From: Lama glama
Taxonomy: Eukaryota
Length of the DNA: 64,000 nucleotides
Assembly (NCBI GenBank): GCA_028534125.1
Contig: CM052817.1
Span: 67,086,001-67,150,000 of the forward strand
Direction: 5' to 3'
Numbering within the stretch: the first letter of the stretch is position 1; each line of letters begins with the position of its first letter. The translations under genes were made by a program, and so were the position numbers. Shown in pieces: positions 12,701 to 26,559 of the stretch. The notes beneath the pieces are model-generated. The model ran no database searches, was not told the origin of the DNA, and worked only from the letters and a program-made list of their open reading frames with translations.

Positions 12701-13311
12701 GTTTGTTTGTTTGTTTTAACATTTTTTATTGAGTCATAGTCAGTTTACAATGTTGTGTCAATTTCCAGTGTAGAGCATACTTTTTCAGTTATACATGAAC
12801 ATACATATGTTCATTGTCACATTCTTTTTCTCTGTGAGCTACCACAAGATCTTGTATATATTTCCCTGTGCTATACAGTATAATCTGGTTTATCTATTCT
12901 ACATATGCCTGTCAGTGTCTACAAATTTCGACTCTCAGTCTGTCCCTTCCCACTCCCCTCCCCCTTGGCAACCACAAGTTTGTATTCTATGTCTATGAGT
13001 CTGTTTCTGTTTTGTATTTATGTTCTTTTTTTTTTTAGATTCCACATATGAGCGATCTCATATGGTATTTTTCTTTCTTTTTCTGGCTTACTTCTCTTAG
13101 AATGACATTCTCCAGGGACGTCCATGTTGCTGCAAATGGCATTCTGTTGTTGTTTTTTATGGCTGAATAGTATTCCGTTGTATAAATATACCACATCTTC
13201 TTTATCCAGTCATCTGTCTGTGGACACTTAGGCTGTTTCCATGTCTTGGCTATTGTAAATGGTGCTGCTATGAACGCTGGGCTGCAGGTGTCTTTTTGAA
13301 GTAGGGTTCCT
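12701..13311 (-). mobile_element. 5'-truncated young L1 3' end
   Basis: Antisense L1 3' UTR and ORF2 end with (TTTG)n tail; perfect 12-bp TSD GAGAAGACTTTT at 12689-12700 and 13312-13323. Confidence 0.93.
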
Positions 13312-14124
13312 GAGAAGACTTTTTAAATGAAGATTATCAGAAGGAGAGCAGTGGCTGTTTTGAGGGTATGAAATCTCATTCAGTAGTGGCTAATATTTAA
13401 CAAAATTTACTGGAATGATACACTGAAAGTGAAAGAGAGTAGTGCAAAGAATTGTAGATCACACCATTATGAGAAATCGGGAAGTCAAAGCAGAAGCAAA
13501 GAAAGTACATTAACACTACCTCCCATACTTACACTGTGGCTTACTTTATGGTAATAAACCACTTTACAGTGTTCCATCCCAAAGATTTGTCCACATCTGA
13601 TGTGGAACAACAATGGTTAGAAAATGCTTTTCCATTAAGAAGCTTGTGCCTCCTGAGAAGGCCTTTACAATACACCGTTAATCAAGTCTATAACACCTGT
13701 GCTGTCAAAAGTTTTTCTTTTCTAAAATTTAGATACATGGTAAAAAATACTCCCAGCAAGCTGTTGAGGGGGATCTAGAAGGGGATGGGTGGAGGAATGC
13801 CTGTGATTTTCTTCAAATTAACAAAATTTTAAATAGTACTGTCTAATGTAATCAACAAATGGCAAACATTTCTGGACAAGTATAAAATAAACATTATTGT
13901 CACCATGTAATTTCTGTTCTATTGTACTAAAGAATAATTGCAGTTAGCATGTACCTAAGTCAGCAGAAATGTTGCCTGGAACCAATTGTTGGTATTCCTA
14001 ATTCTAAAATGCTATTGACCCTTAATTGGCTGCTATGGAAAACATGCTCAGATGTCTTAGCAACTTTGTAAGAGATCACATTCTCCATCTTATTAAAACT
14101 AAGGAGTTCTTATTTGTCTTCCAG

Positions 14125-14590
14125 AATTATAATAGGATATAGGCTGTGCCATGGTGACAAGATATCCTAAAGCACAGTGGCTTAAACAAGGTAAACATGG
14201 ATTTCTCTGTGATGAAACTCTAGGCAGATGATTTAGGCTTGGCAAGATACTCACAGGTGTCAGAGACACAAAGCTTTTCCATTTCTTTGGCTCAGACATC
14301 CCTAGGCTATTACCTCATCAGCCTGGTTGAAATTAGTCACAATGCCCACCTTATAGCCCATAGGAGTGGTGAAAGAAGCCCTTTATTTTAAGGCATGATT
14401 CAGAGGTTGCACATTTCAATTCTGCTTATATACCATTGACCAGAATGTGTCATGTGACCCTATCTGGCAAGAATGGAGACTGAAAATGTCATAGTTAGCT
14501 GGGTGGCCCACATATTTGATCATGATGCCTATTTATATAGATGGAAAAGAGAATGGATATTGGCCAAGGCAATTGGCAATCTCTGAAACA
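14125..14590 (-). mobile_element. Old MaLR LTR (MLT1I/J/K-like)
   Basis: CAGTGGCTTAAACAAG...CCATTGACCAGAATGTGTCATGTGACC...AGCTGGGTGGCC. Confidence 0.7.
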
Positions 14591-16194
14591 ACAATATTCA
14601 CAGATTGAAAGTACAGAAATATGAATCAGATAGACATAGGTGCCTCTATTTAAAAATTTTTAAATCCCTCATAAGATTTTATATAGGCTCTGCTTTCTAT
14701 AACTAATAGCTGCTCCTGCTAGAGAAATGACTGCAATGTTTTCTTGATTCAAACCCGAATGGAGCATGGTCACTGGAGAGTTTGCAGCCACACTGCATGC
14801 ATCTTATGAAGATCTCTCTTTATATTTTTGAAACTTTCTAATTTCATTTTGTGGATTTATGTTTTTTTATTTATAATTTGTTTTCAATCAATTGTAGCAA
14901 CTTCATTTTTTATAATACTGGAAATGTGAAATGACTTTAATGACTGAATACTGAATAATTATCACCAACTATACGTCCAATGGTAGAAATAGAGAAATAG
15001 ATGTTCATCATCAAATGTATGTCCAAGACCACATAGTTTTTGAGTTCTTTAAAATTTTTAAGGAAAAAAACAATATTGATGCCATATAAACTATTGTAAA
15101 GCAGAGAAAAAGAAGGAAAATTCCAAATGATGCTAGGCTCATTTTAGAACAGAAGTTCCTCATACAAGTCCTGTTCCTTTTTGTACACTCCTACCTGAAG
15201 ACATTGCCTTAAACATGGTGGACACTCAACAAAACCTCAATGATCTGAAAGTCATTGACCATGTGAATATTGTTCTCATATTTAAAAAATTAGTTTCAAA
15301 ATCCAAAGAGCTATGGCTTCTATTTATTAAGGATTATGATAATCACAGAGTTTTCACTGTCAGTGGTGGGGACACATTCTATCAGGGCTTGTTAGTTACT
15401 TGGTTTAGGTTATAACTTAGGTTATGTCTCTCCTGATCATTGAAAAAAACCTCTCTACTTTAGGTGATTTAGAATCAGACAACTGCTTACAGTCCAAAAC
15501 TGACCATACAAGTGTTGTATAATCAAAATGTTATTTCCAAGAGGATAAAGATGTTTATCATTTTATCAATCACATGATTAATTAACATTTTAAATCAAAG
15601 CACAAAAGAAAACATTAAGTAGAAGTGGACTGTTCCTTCTTGTAAGGTTTATGTGAAGTTTATTTTCTTATACATTCAAAGTTCTGCTGAGACATCCACG
15701 TTCAAACCTCATTCCTACTCATTAGTCTGCTAAGAGCCATAAGGTCTGGAAAGGCCTGCTTTATCCTATCCTGACTACCAGAGCACGCTATCCACTTGAT
15801 CAAAGACCATGTGGATCAACCATTTTTCTGAAACAAATCCTTCTTTTCACCATTTTCCTTGTCAATCTGCTTTCTTTGAGCTTCATTGTGCGACTAGATT
15901 CTTCTGTCCGGTAACCTTGAGTAACTATCTTCCCTTATAAGTTAGAATAAATCTCCCATTTGTCTTATTTGATTTTTTTGCAGTCCTCTTCTATCCAGAA
16001 TGATGTGTCCATATACCTCAGCTAATGTTATATCTTCTGTAGCTGATTGGAAGATTTATAATTCTTTTAAAAGAAATAAAATGAATAAATGATTAACTTC
16101 CATACAAACGGAGAATGCAATGTTTTACCAGTAGAAAATCAATTCAAAATTAATGTATATATATTTTATATTTCTTATAAGTTTTAAAAATGCT

Positions 16195-16400
16195 TTTCAT
16201 GATTTATATCATTATTCTCTTACAATAATAGCAATGTAAGAAAGCATGCAAAGAAGATATTTATTATCCTTGCTTTGGAAATAAAGCATTTGGGGCACAA
16301 AAAAAATTCAATAATGGGGCCAAGATTACTGAATAAATCAAGACCATGATGGTATTAGAACTTAGGTCTTCTGATTATGACCTCGTAGATCATCCCACTA
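16195..16400 (-). mobile_element. MIR fragment
   Basis: ATTATCCTTGCTTTGGAAATAAAGCA...GCCAAGATTAC...TTAGAACTTAGGTCTTCTGA. Confidence 0.5.
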
Positions 16401-16949
16401 GATTGATAATCTCCAGTTTTTTATGTCTTTATGAGTAAAAATCTAATTCAGTATTTACTCCCAATAGATGCATGTTTGTTTATAAGTTACATGCAGGTGC
16501 TATTACATTAATTTAGTATGTACATTTTACTTAAAAAACGAAAGAAATGCATAAAAATATAAAAATGGAAGAAAATAAAACTTTCATTTTTTTTTTTTTA
16601 CATATTCTACTCCCTCTAGGTAAACTCCATTAACCTCATTTGGAGTCCCATCCACCATCTCTTGCTGAGTTAAGACATTTCAAATCTAAATTACACATAA
16701 AATATACTGATATCTTAAAGTACCAGATAAGAAAATGGGTATCCATTACTATGAAAATGTTTTCTCCTTTGTTTGCTTCTCTCTCTTGCATCGCTTCATT
16801 TATCCCTTCACTTTTTATCTTCATGAAACATAGTCATATTTTTCCTTAGGCTCCGGGAACAACAAATATTAAAGGAGCAGCTAGAAAATGTGTCCTCTTG
16901 GCCCATTTTCTAATGCCTTCTCCTCCAAATCACCTTGCTCGGAAAGATC

Positions 16950-17400
16950 TCATTGGTCTTTCTGGTTCTCTAAAATCAAAACGGCAGTGCTTGTCTTTGA
17001 CCAGAAGTAACAGAGTGGGGAGTTCGTCTCATAATAAGTGAGCACCTCCGACACAGCAGAACGGCACCTGAGCATTAGGCAGCTGCTGTTGCATGGTACA
17101 GCCTCCTCACTTTCAAGCAAAAGTGCTTGTGTGAACAACTGTCCAAAGTGCTGGATGAGGCCATTAGTGGCTAGCCTGTGTAGAGCAAAATGAATGTATT
17201 TCACTCCATTTGAGCTAAGAAAGCTTTGGAGCTGCAGTGACGTAAATTGGGCTCCATTATCACTTAGCAGCTCTTCTGGAATTCCATATCCAGTGAATAG
17301 TCTTTTAGTTTGGACTGGAGAAAGAGCATTTCATAATAGCCTGTGCCATTTCAAGAGGTAATAAGAGTGCTAATGATTCTATGGCTAGTTTAGGAAACCC
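16950..17400 (-). mobile_element. Ancient Ty3/Gypsy integrase-core (rve) fossil
   Basis: Minus frame from 17300 reads LFTGYGIPEELLSDNGAQFTSLQLQSFLSSNGVKYIHFALHRLATNGLIQHFGQLFTQAL, versus the Gypsy pattern LFARYGLPEELVSDNGPQFTS..F..FL..NGVKH..SAPYHPATNGLAERFVQTFKQAL; RTPHSVT follows in a shifted frame (17006-17026). Confidence 0.88.
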
Positions 17401-18759
17401 ACTTTCCACTGTTTGTTTAGCTAATATAAGAGTTTCTAAGATATTTGTGTAATGTCCATGTTAACGTTAGAAAATTGTTCTTTAGCTGATATTATCTACC
17501 AATCAGTCTTGATGTAATTATAGGCCTAAGCACTTTTTTTCAGGTATCTCGATAATTATTTGTAATCTTTCAATCTTTCATATCCACTATCTTTAGTGAA
17601 CAGTTAGCACATTTCAAATAATATAAAGTATACTTTACAAATATGTGTTATGTTGATTCAAATGTCAATATAAGACTTCAGTTTTATAATCATCTCTGTA
17701 TATTACAGAACAATAATAGCAGGAAAAAACCCTAAAGCCATATTGTTTTATTTCCTTGTATGTGTATTCAAGTATAATTAAACGTGAACTTTCTTTCACT
17801 TTGGTATGTGTCATTTCCAAGACTTCTAGGTATGAGTCCAAATATTTTGCTATAATATTTCTTCAATTTTTATGCATGTTTACAGTTATTCTTTTTGAGA
17901 AACTAAAAAAAGAAATCATACGTTAGTTTATCGCAGGTTCTTACAAGAAATCCCAGTAAATGCAAAGGTCTCCTCTCTTTTCTCATTAATTCAAGTCCTC
18001 TTGTGAACATTTTATATATGTATTTGTTTCAACACTGCTGCTCTCTTAGAGTCTTTGGGGTCAATGCCATTTATTCTTCTTGGATAGCACTAGATTTAAC
18101 ATTGATCCCTAAATCCTTTCTTTTTATCCTTTCCCAGTGATTGTCAACTCTCTCTAAAAGTCTTTCATTATAGCACAGATTCAAATATGATTGTGTGTGC
18201 TTTTAACAATATTTTTTTCTTGGAAGGATGCTGTCATTGCTTTGCAAGACATGTATACTTACTATTGCTAGTGGCTTATTGAGTATAATTTCCACATTGC
18301 ATCTTTCCTTCCCCTTTAGTTCTCATTTCCTGTAATGTCTCAGTGATCTTTATAACACACTTGTGTTCTAATGCATAAAATTCAATTTTTTATGCGTGTA
18401 AACATCTTTCACATTTTCTTACACATAAGTTACCTAGATTCAATCTTTTAATCTTTAGCTTTGATCTTCAACTTCTCCATATTTTTCACAGTATTCCTTT
18501 TATATACCAATTTTTCCTTTCCATTTCATATTGAATTTTCAACAAAGTTTACATTCACACTGTTTTTATAAGGTGGGCATCTAGAATTTAAAATTCATTT
18601 AAAAATGGTTGACATGCTGGGACAACAACAAAAGTGCTCTACACTAGAGAAAGAATTCTGTTTTTCTTTATAACTACTCACCTTCCTCCATGAAGATATA
18701 TTTGGATTGGTTTTTGGTTTTGTTCATTTCTTTGCAAAATATAGACAAATGTAAAAAAT

Positions 18760-20720
18760 CAACACTTCTTGCTATGACTGAGGAGATGGGGAAGTCCTCT
18801 CTCCAAAAGGCAGCTATATATTGTCACAAAATTGCCAAAATCTATTATTTCAATGCTCTGAAAATTAGCCAGAGGAATAGAAATGGAGACATGTTCGTAC
18901 TTGAACAACTGCTGAACTTTGAAGGAGAGCAGCAGAAGTCTGTGCTGTTCCCTCAGCTCAGTGTGGTGTTTATATCAGGACTTAGAAAAACTGTGAGGAT
19001 CAACAACCTTTCTATTTGGAATGTTGGGTGATATCCACACCCATCAGCATTATTAGTGGAAGTGACTCCTTGAAGGCAAGCAAACAAGTGAGAGTCAACT
19101 GCTTGGTTCTACTAGCCTAAGATTGTGGATGTGATTGGGCCAAGCATGTTACTGGCTGAAGCTGTGCATGTGTCCAGCTGACACTAGAGTAGGTCCAAGC
19201 TATTCAGACATTCCTGGTCAACCCTGTGACTGCATGCATGTGTACAGAAGACTTGAAAGGAACTACAGGAAAAAGTAAAATTTGGGCAACTTGCAAATGA
19301 TCTGACCACACACACAGATCCACCTGCAGAGGACAGAAACCTTACTTGTTTGAACTATTTGTGCACAACTTCTGTGTAATCACTGGGTGACCGCTAAGTT
19401 ACACAGACACAGGAGAATCTCCTAGGAAGCCAGGTTAAAAAAAAAAGAATAAAAAATGTCTGAACAGAGACATAAATGGCTACACACTGCAATGAAGACA
19501 GATATCACAGATTATGTCCAGGAAGTTCCAAAAACAAGAATCAAAAAATAAACAAAAAACTGACAACTACCGTTGGAGCAAAATATCAAAATCTAGAGTT
19601 GCTACATTATATAATAATATATAGAACATATATAGATCTATATCTATGTATCTATATATAAAATACATAGACATTGTTTGTGAATACTTGGTATATTATA
19701 CTAGCTTTTCACAAAAAATTATCAAAGATGCACAGAAATGGGAAATTGTCACGCATTGTCAAGGAATAAAAAAAGGCAACAGAAATATCCACCAACGATG
19801 TTGGATTTCCTAGAAAAAGATTTCAAGTGTGCTATTTTAAATATGTTTAAAGAAATAAAACCATGGTAAAAATTAAAATAAATTATGATAATAATAAAAT
19901 GATAAATAAAAACTTCAAGAAGGATATTGAAGTTATGAAAAATAACCAACTAATAATTATGTAGTTGAAGAATGCAAAAACTGAAATGAAAAAGATAGAC
20001 TGAAAAGAGCCATGTTCCAAATGCTGGAAGAAAGAATCAATTAAAAAATAATGGCTAGTCATAAACCGTAACTGTGGGCTAATATGAAACATTTACAGGT
20101 GCATTTTTATCATCTTCTCTTAACTTTTTAAAAAGACATCAGATTGTATAAAGCAATTATAATAACACAATATTGTTGTTATAACAAATATAGACTTAAG
20201 AGATTACAATAATGGTCCAAAGGAGGAAGTGGGGCTATTTTGGGGCAGTTATTATATTTTATCAGAACTAATTAGTATTAAAGTATACTATAATAAATTA
20301 GAATACAGAATATTGTAACCTGTAAGGCAAATACTAAGGAAAAAAAAGACAAGAAAGAATTGAAATGATATATGAAATATTTGTTTAGCACTAAAGAAAT
20401 TAGAAACAGGAACAAAAAAGAGGAAATACACAGAAAAGACATAGTAAAATGGTAAATGAAAATGCAACTACACAAAAATTAAATATAAATAGTCTAAACA
20501 CCTTAATCAAAAGACAGAGATAGTAAACTGGATATAAAAGCAAAAATCCAACTATATGTTGTCTTAAAAAAAAAGATATTTTAGACAAACAAAAACCATA
20601 ACAATAACAGAATGCCTATAAATATCAAACAAAATAGACACTGGGACCATACATTTTTCTAGAAACAGACATATATGTTATTTACAAAACAGTCAACAAA
20701 CCAGAAAGATATAACACTTA
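18760..20720 (+). mobile_element. Old L1M (5' UTR, ORF1 and start of ORF2), degraded
   Basis: A-rich L1 ORF1-like sequence; ORF2 start-like TAAATATAAATAGTCTAAACACCTTAATCAAAAGACAGAGA...ATCCAACTATATGTTGTCT. Confidence 0.7.
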
Positions 20721-21995
20721 TACTTGTTTTGTTTTGTTTTATAAATACTTTTATATTGAATCATACACTAATTAGAAAAAATATTTTATTGTTTAGAAAT
20801 GTGTTTATATGTTGGTCAAATATCAACTTTTAATTTTCAAATTATTTTCTCAATTTTTAGTTATAGTGTGGTATACATCTATTCTATTTAAACACAATAT
20901 TTTCTATTTTCTTTTGCAGGAAATTTGTCTTAAAAATATGAACCTTCTGTCTTTGGGATTAATACAATTATAATAAAATTAAAGACATAGTAAAATACTG
21001 AAAACATATAAAAAAGATTTTATTGACCTTAGATATACAGTACCAAACTTGCACATACTTACTCAGCAGCCATGTTAATATCTAATTTAATTTCTATACA
21101 CCCTACTTAAGAACACTTGCTTTTCATCTTATGTGAAAGAGAAGTTTGGGAAGAGCTTTTCTATTACAAGAAAACTCTTGATCGTCTACCTTTTTTTTTT
21201 TTTCACATATTGTCATATATCCACAGGTGAATCAATTCCTTTTGAAGACTTTGTTATTTTACATTTTTTACTGGTTTTTTCTTTTATCATTATTGTTCAC
21301 TGATTTAATTAAATTTAAATGAAATTCAATATTTTTTGCTGTGATTACTGTCAAAAATGAGAAAAGGCATAATTATTACAGATGTAGTTTAAGAGCACTC
21401 CACTATTGTTATGGTTTTTGTTTGTCTAACATATAAAGTGGAATAACTGAAAAACTTTGAATCTAGCCAGGAAGTTGTTGCTTCATATCTTTCTGAATTC
21501 AAATAAGTCATCTAAACAGATAAACAAAAAATCCAAAAGCAATTTTTTTAAAATACCAATGAAAAATAAGACAGAAAGAAACATTGTTCCTCTAATTCCT
21601 AAATATATGTAGGCTTTAAAATGATTGTATATGCTCTTTGGATTTCAAGCTGCATATGGTAGAGAGAGAGTAAGAGGCATATTATAAAGTTTGTCTGAAT
21701 AATTTTCAGGGTTATAGGTATCAAGATGAGGAAGACGGTAATACTATGTCATCCTATGTTTACTTTTTTTCTGATTTTAATTTAGAAGGAATAGATGAAG
21801 ATCATGATTAGGAGAGGTGCAAGAATCTATACTGTGAAATGCTCATACTGAGTCTATTTCCTGGCAATCTGAATCTTCTTCCAGTGCAGAAAAAAATATA
21901 TACAATTTCAATTCTTAAAGACACTACAACAGACTGCATGGTGTATAAGAATGACATGGCCATAGAAATCAATATAATAATGAACTCAAACTTCA

Positions 21996-22082
21996 ACCTT
22001 CCTTCCTTTTTGACTCCCTTCCTCCTTCCTTCCTTCCTTTGTTTGTTTGTTCATCCCTTCCTTCCTTCCTTCCTTCCTTCTT
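21996..22082. repeat. (CCTT)n simple repeat, degenerate
   Basis: Direct inspection. Confidence 0.85.
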
Positions 22083-22197
22083 TACTTCTTGGTTGTAAAG
22101 TAGTTCTTTCTTTCTGTTCACTAACAGTATTTTGCACATACTATCACCTGGGATCTAGACCAGCCTCATATCACTCTAGCATAAATTCTCAGAAATA

Positions 22198-22200
<3 letters not shown>

Positions 22201-22236
<36 letters not shown>
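22201..22236. repeat. (AC)n microsatellite
   Basis: About 18 AC units. Confidence 0.95.
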
Positions 22237-22238
<2 letters not shown>

Positions 22239-22779
22239 GTACTATGTAACAACTAAATACAATTCAAAAGAAGTTACTTTTACTAAGAAGATCCACAGGA
22301 AATGTACATTTTAAACACTGATTATATTAAAAAGAAAAAAGGCAGTATCTGCTTCAGGACCTTAATACAGTAGGAAAAAATGACCTTAAACTATAAGCTG
22401 TACAACACTAGGAGAGATGGAATAGGATGATTTGAAATGCCACTAAGCAGAGATGCCTACCAACATAAATAAGGATCCACTGGATGCAGTGATGAAAAGA
22501 CTTGGTTCTTTCCATATAACCTTAATAGTGAGAAAAAAATTTCGCTGTTAAGCTGGTGGCATTATTTTATCACTGTTGACTAGGATAATCAGGAAAGGAT
22601 TCGTCTAGAAGTAACACTAAAACTAACTTCTTTAGAAAAGAGAGCTGTTTTAAAATGTGCAAAAACCCCCAAACCACACATAGTAAGGGATACTACAGAT
22701 ATAAATATAGGGAATAAATAATTACAAGTTATAAGAAATTATATAAGAACTATTATATTAAAAAGATAATTTAAAAGTC

Positions 22780-23350
22780 AGACTGAAATATTCCCTGAGT
22801 GAAGAATTTTTAAGTCTATTACATTTCTGAAGAAGAGAAAAAAATATTAAAAGACATAAAATTACACAAAACCTAGTGATAATTTTCAATCTGACAGATA
22901 CAGAAAGAAACACATCCCCAAATCCAAAGCTGAAAACAAATTCCTTCAAGAAAAGACTTCTCTTAGACTTCACATATAAAAGTAGATTTCACATAAAATC
23001 ATTTTTACAAAGGCTCAAGGAAGGATTGTGAACGTAAAATTCTATACCCAGCCAAGTTGTCACTGTCATCCATAATTGGGCAAAATCTACTGAAAGGTGT
23101 TTACAAATATGGTAAAGAATGTGTATTCCTGAGTTATTTTTTCTGAATAAAATATTAGAAGAGATGCTCTAGACTATTAGTGAGCAGTAAAAATTAAGGA
23201 GCCAAGACTGCAGGAGCTAATCCTAATTAATTACTTAGACGTAATCCAAATAATTGCTGCAGCTCTGACTAGAAAAGCAAATGCCAGAAGCCCATAGAAA
23301 TTATTTAAATATAATTATATCTTTTAGACTATACTAATATAATCATATTA
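22780..23350 (+). mobile_element. HAL1/L1ME ORF1-like fragment
   Basis: AAAATTCTATACCCAGCCAAGTTGTCA encodes the ILYPAKLS motif of the L1 ORF1/HAL1 C-terminus. Confidence 0.55.
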
Positions 23351-23983
23351 ACATATAATTATAACAATAGTTTAGATTTATTTTTCAAGAACAAATTAAG
23401 AAAATTTGAGAGAATCTGCAGAAAGCCAAGAGCATTAATTCTTCCTCTTTCATAGTGGAAGGTAAAATTTTTATTTATTTCTGGATTTTGATCATTTAGA
23501 AAATGTAGTTCAAAAATTTTTAAGGACTGTTTAAAGTCACTTTCCAAAATGTAAGAGAAATTAAGCAACTAAAACATGCCTCCCATGACAAAATATAAAA
23601 CAGATGTAATATTAAAGACACATATGTAAAAAGAATAAAATAGAAATAGAGGTAATACTAACAACATCATTTTGGTATTTTTGGTGATTACTTAATTCTA
23701 CTAGTAGTTATTTAATCATGATAATGATTACTTTTTTTGAAAAACAAAAAAAAATCTATCTTGGAAGTTTAATTCTAGAAAGACAGTGGAAGCTTAAATA
23801 TAAGTGTTATATGAGTAATTTTATTAAAAAGAATATTCTCATATTGGGATCAAAAGTAAAACTATGGACATAAGGATTATAAGAAAATCATTGTATTGAC
23901 CCAAAAAGTCACTGCTAACTTCCTGCACTAACTCTGTATTTCACTGGCACTTTTGCTCTTTGATTAAAACATGCCACACTTAC

Positions 23984-24357
23984 TGTTCTAGGTTGGACAA
24001 TGCCTTTCGCTTCAAATGCATGTCCACTTGAAACTTGTGAATATGACCTAATTTAGAAATAGAGTCTTTACAGATGTAATCAAGCTAAAATGAGGTCACT
24101 AGAGAAGGATGGGCCTTAGATCCAATACAACTTCATGTTGTTAAAAGAAGAGGGAAATTTGGACATGGACACACACACACACACACACACAAGAGGCCAT
24201 GAAGATGAGGCAGAAATTGGAGGAGTAAATCTGAAGCCAAGGGACTTGTCAGAAATCACCTGAAGCTAAGAGAGGCATGGAACAGAGTCTTCCCTCTAAC
24301 CTCAGAGAGGACACAGTCCTGCCAGCACTGTGATTTCAGATCTCTAGCCTCCAGAAC
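23984..24357 (+). mobile_element. MaLR LTR (MLT1B/C-like) with internal (CA)n
   Basis: GAATATGACCTAATTTAGAAATAGAGTCTTTACAGATGTAATCAAG...GATTTCAGATCTCTAGCCTCCAGAAC. Confidence 0.85.
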
Positions 24358-26559
24358 AAATACACAATACAATACATCAGTAATTTAAAATGAGACAACA
24401 CTGGAGTGAACAATAAAATATGTGAAAATTCAATGAAATTCTGGTTCTTCTCTTAAAAACTATTACAGTGCTTCTTTAGAAGCATCAAATATCTTCCAAG
24501 TACTTTTTAAAATGCTATTTAACTAATTTCCTTAGCCTGTGTTTTAGTCTATTAGGTGAACTGTAACCCTAGATGGTAAATAATTCCCAAGATCTAGTTT
24601 AACTCCTTCCCCCCCAAAACAATTTTTGAAATGAATGCATTAAATCATACTTGGCCCCAAACCATCCTCTCATTTTTCTACCAAGGTACATCCCTTTCCT
24701 TAGGAATTTATTAATTCAAGATGCCATAGTGAATTTCATAGTCATTCCACCCACAAAACCTATCTCAGGAATAACACGCAATAAGTATTCAATATGTATT
24801 TTTTGAATAAGAATAAAATAGATCCAGAAAAAAAAGATATAAAGAGATGCATCGATTTACACAGAGATGAATACACATACTTAGTAGCTAGACTAAAACT
24901 GTGACTGATGTCTCAGACGTCCTATTTTAGCTGTCATGCTGGCATAGCACCTAACTTAAACTTCCAACTAGAAACACTGCCTTGACTCCAGCAAGAAAAT
25001 GACTGTGCCCTTGTCTTCTGATGGCCATAAATGACACAGAAGAGAGAAAGATCTGTGAGTCTCCACAAACTTCTTCAGATCTACAAAACTTGTTAGCATA
25101 GAGTTGTGCTCTGAAGCAAAGAATACTGACATGTTCAGCAGGTGTAGACAGAGGCCGGGGAGTGTGACACGAGGAAGCCCAGAGGACAAGGTGGTGTCAC
25201 AGGCTCAGCTTACTTAAGAAGAAGCCTGGAGGGGAGAGTACAAAATGGGCAGGAATAAAAAGATGGCAGTTCAAGGAAGAAGTGAGTATATTCATAATTT
25301 TGCCTACAGACAGCTTTAGATGGATTAGAAAGAGAAATACCCTTTTCATGTTGAAAAAAATAAATACTAGTGAGAAAACCTGGAAGGCCAGAGATGATTT
25401 CTATCCTAAGTAAGGAAATTGTCTAAAACTGTGATTGCCAAAATATATTCCTGTGAATATTAGTATAATGGAAGTTTCTGTTAAAGAGGATGATACTGTG
25501 ATTTTATTTGGGAATATATGTCATGTCATAAACCCTTTGAGATGACCAGAATATATTTTAGCACTTTCTAGACACTGAGAAGTCATCAGTTTTGCATTGC
25601 ATTTCTCAGCCTTCTCGCTCCACTGAATTCCTCATCTGCTGCCTTCCTGCAGCTTTTTTTCCCCCACAGGTAACTATTATCCCAGATAAGAGCACACTTT
25701 GGGTCGTACCAGTCCAAGAGTATGAGCAATTTTAGCTATCAAAGCTTTTATAATCTATTCTGTATATATTAAAAAAAAAACGAACAATACAAGCCTTGTG
25801 CTTTAATTATTTAGAGATAATATCCAGGTAGCAAGACTGAGGTTAGCTGTCTAACACAATGTCGTCAATATCAATTTGGAATTTTTTTGCTTTGGATGTA
25901 AAAATTTTCCAAATGCTACCAGGTGAAAATTACCCTGAAAATATTCATTCTAAAACCCCTGAAAATACTCCTAAAACCAAAGACAATGAAACAGATGTTA
26001 AAGGGGATACTTTTCTTTCAAGAATGACCAAATGACTATTAAAATAAAAGATAAACATAAATAAAATCACTAGAAATGTTACCACTCATAGTAAAAAACT
26101 TTCTTTCCCAAAGTTTGTGGCTAGAATCATAAAGCTCTACAAAATTGCATAGTGATTCTGTCACCATATCGATAAAAAAAGGGGAAAAAAGAGAATCAAC
26201 AACTGTGGTGCATAGCAGTGGTTAAGGAGGTGGAAAAAAAAAAGAAAAAACTAGTATAATTCTGAAAAAATAAGTAGCTCATGGTTACAAGGTTCATGTT
26301 GGAAAGTGCTCCAAGTCATTGTACCTACAAAATCCAGAATAACCCTAATAAAACTAGAAAAAAATTCCACAAGTACAAAACTTGGAAGAATCATTTCCAA
26401 CTAAATGGATAATGTAACTTACTCTGTTAATGTTTCAGGTACCTTCCTATCTTCTTATAAATACTACAGGCTTTATTCTCTTCTTAATGTTTTAAGTCTT
26501 TATGGTTTCTCTACGTGTCAAATGTGACAGTAGGAATTTCAGCAGGCATTCTGGCCATA

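Noticed and set aside
16990..17080. Resemblance of the minus strand (GGAGGTGC...ATGAGACG...TGGTCA) to the AmnSINE1/Deu domain
   Set aside because: The similarity is short and is not continued convincingly; the same bases encode the colinear Gypsy RTPHSVT motif, which explains them better
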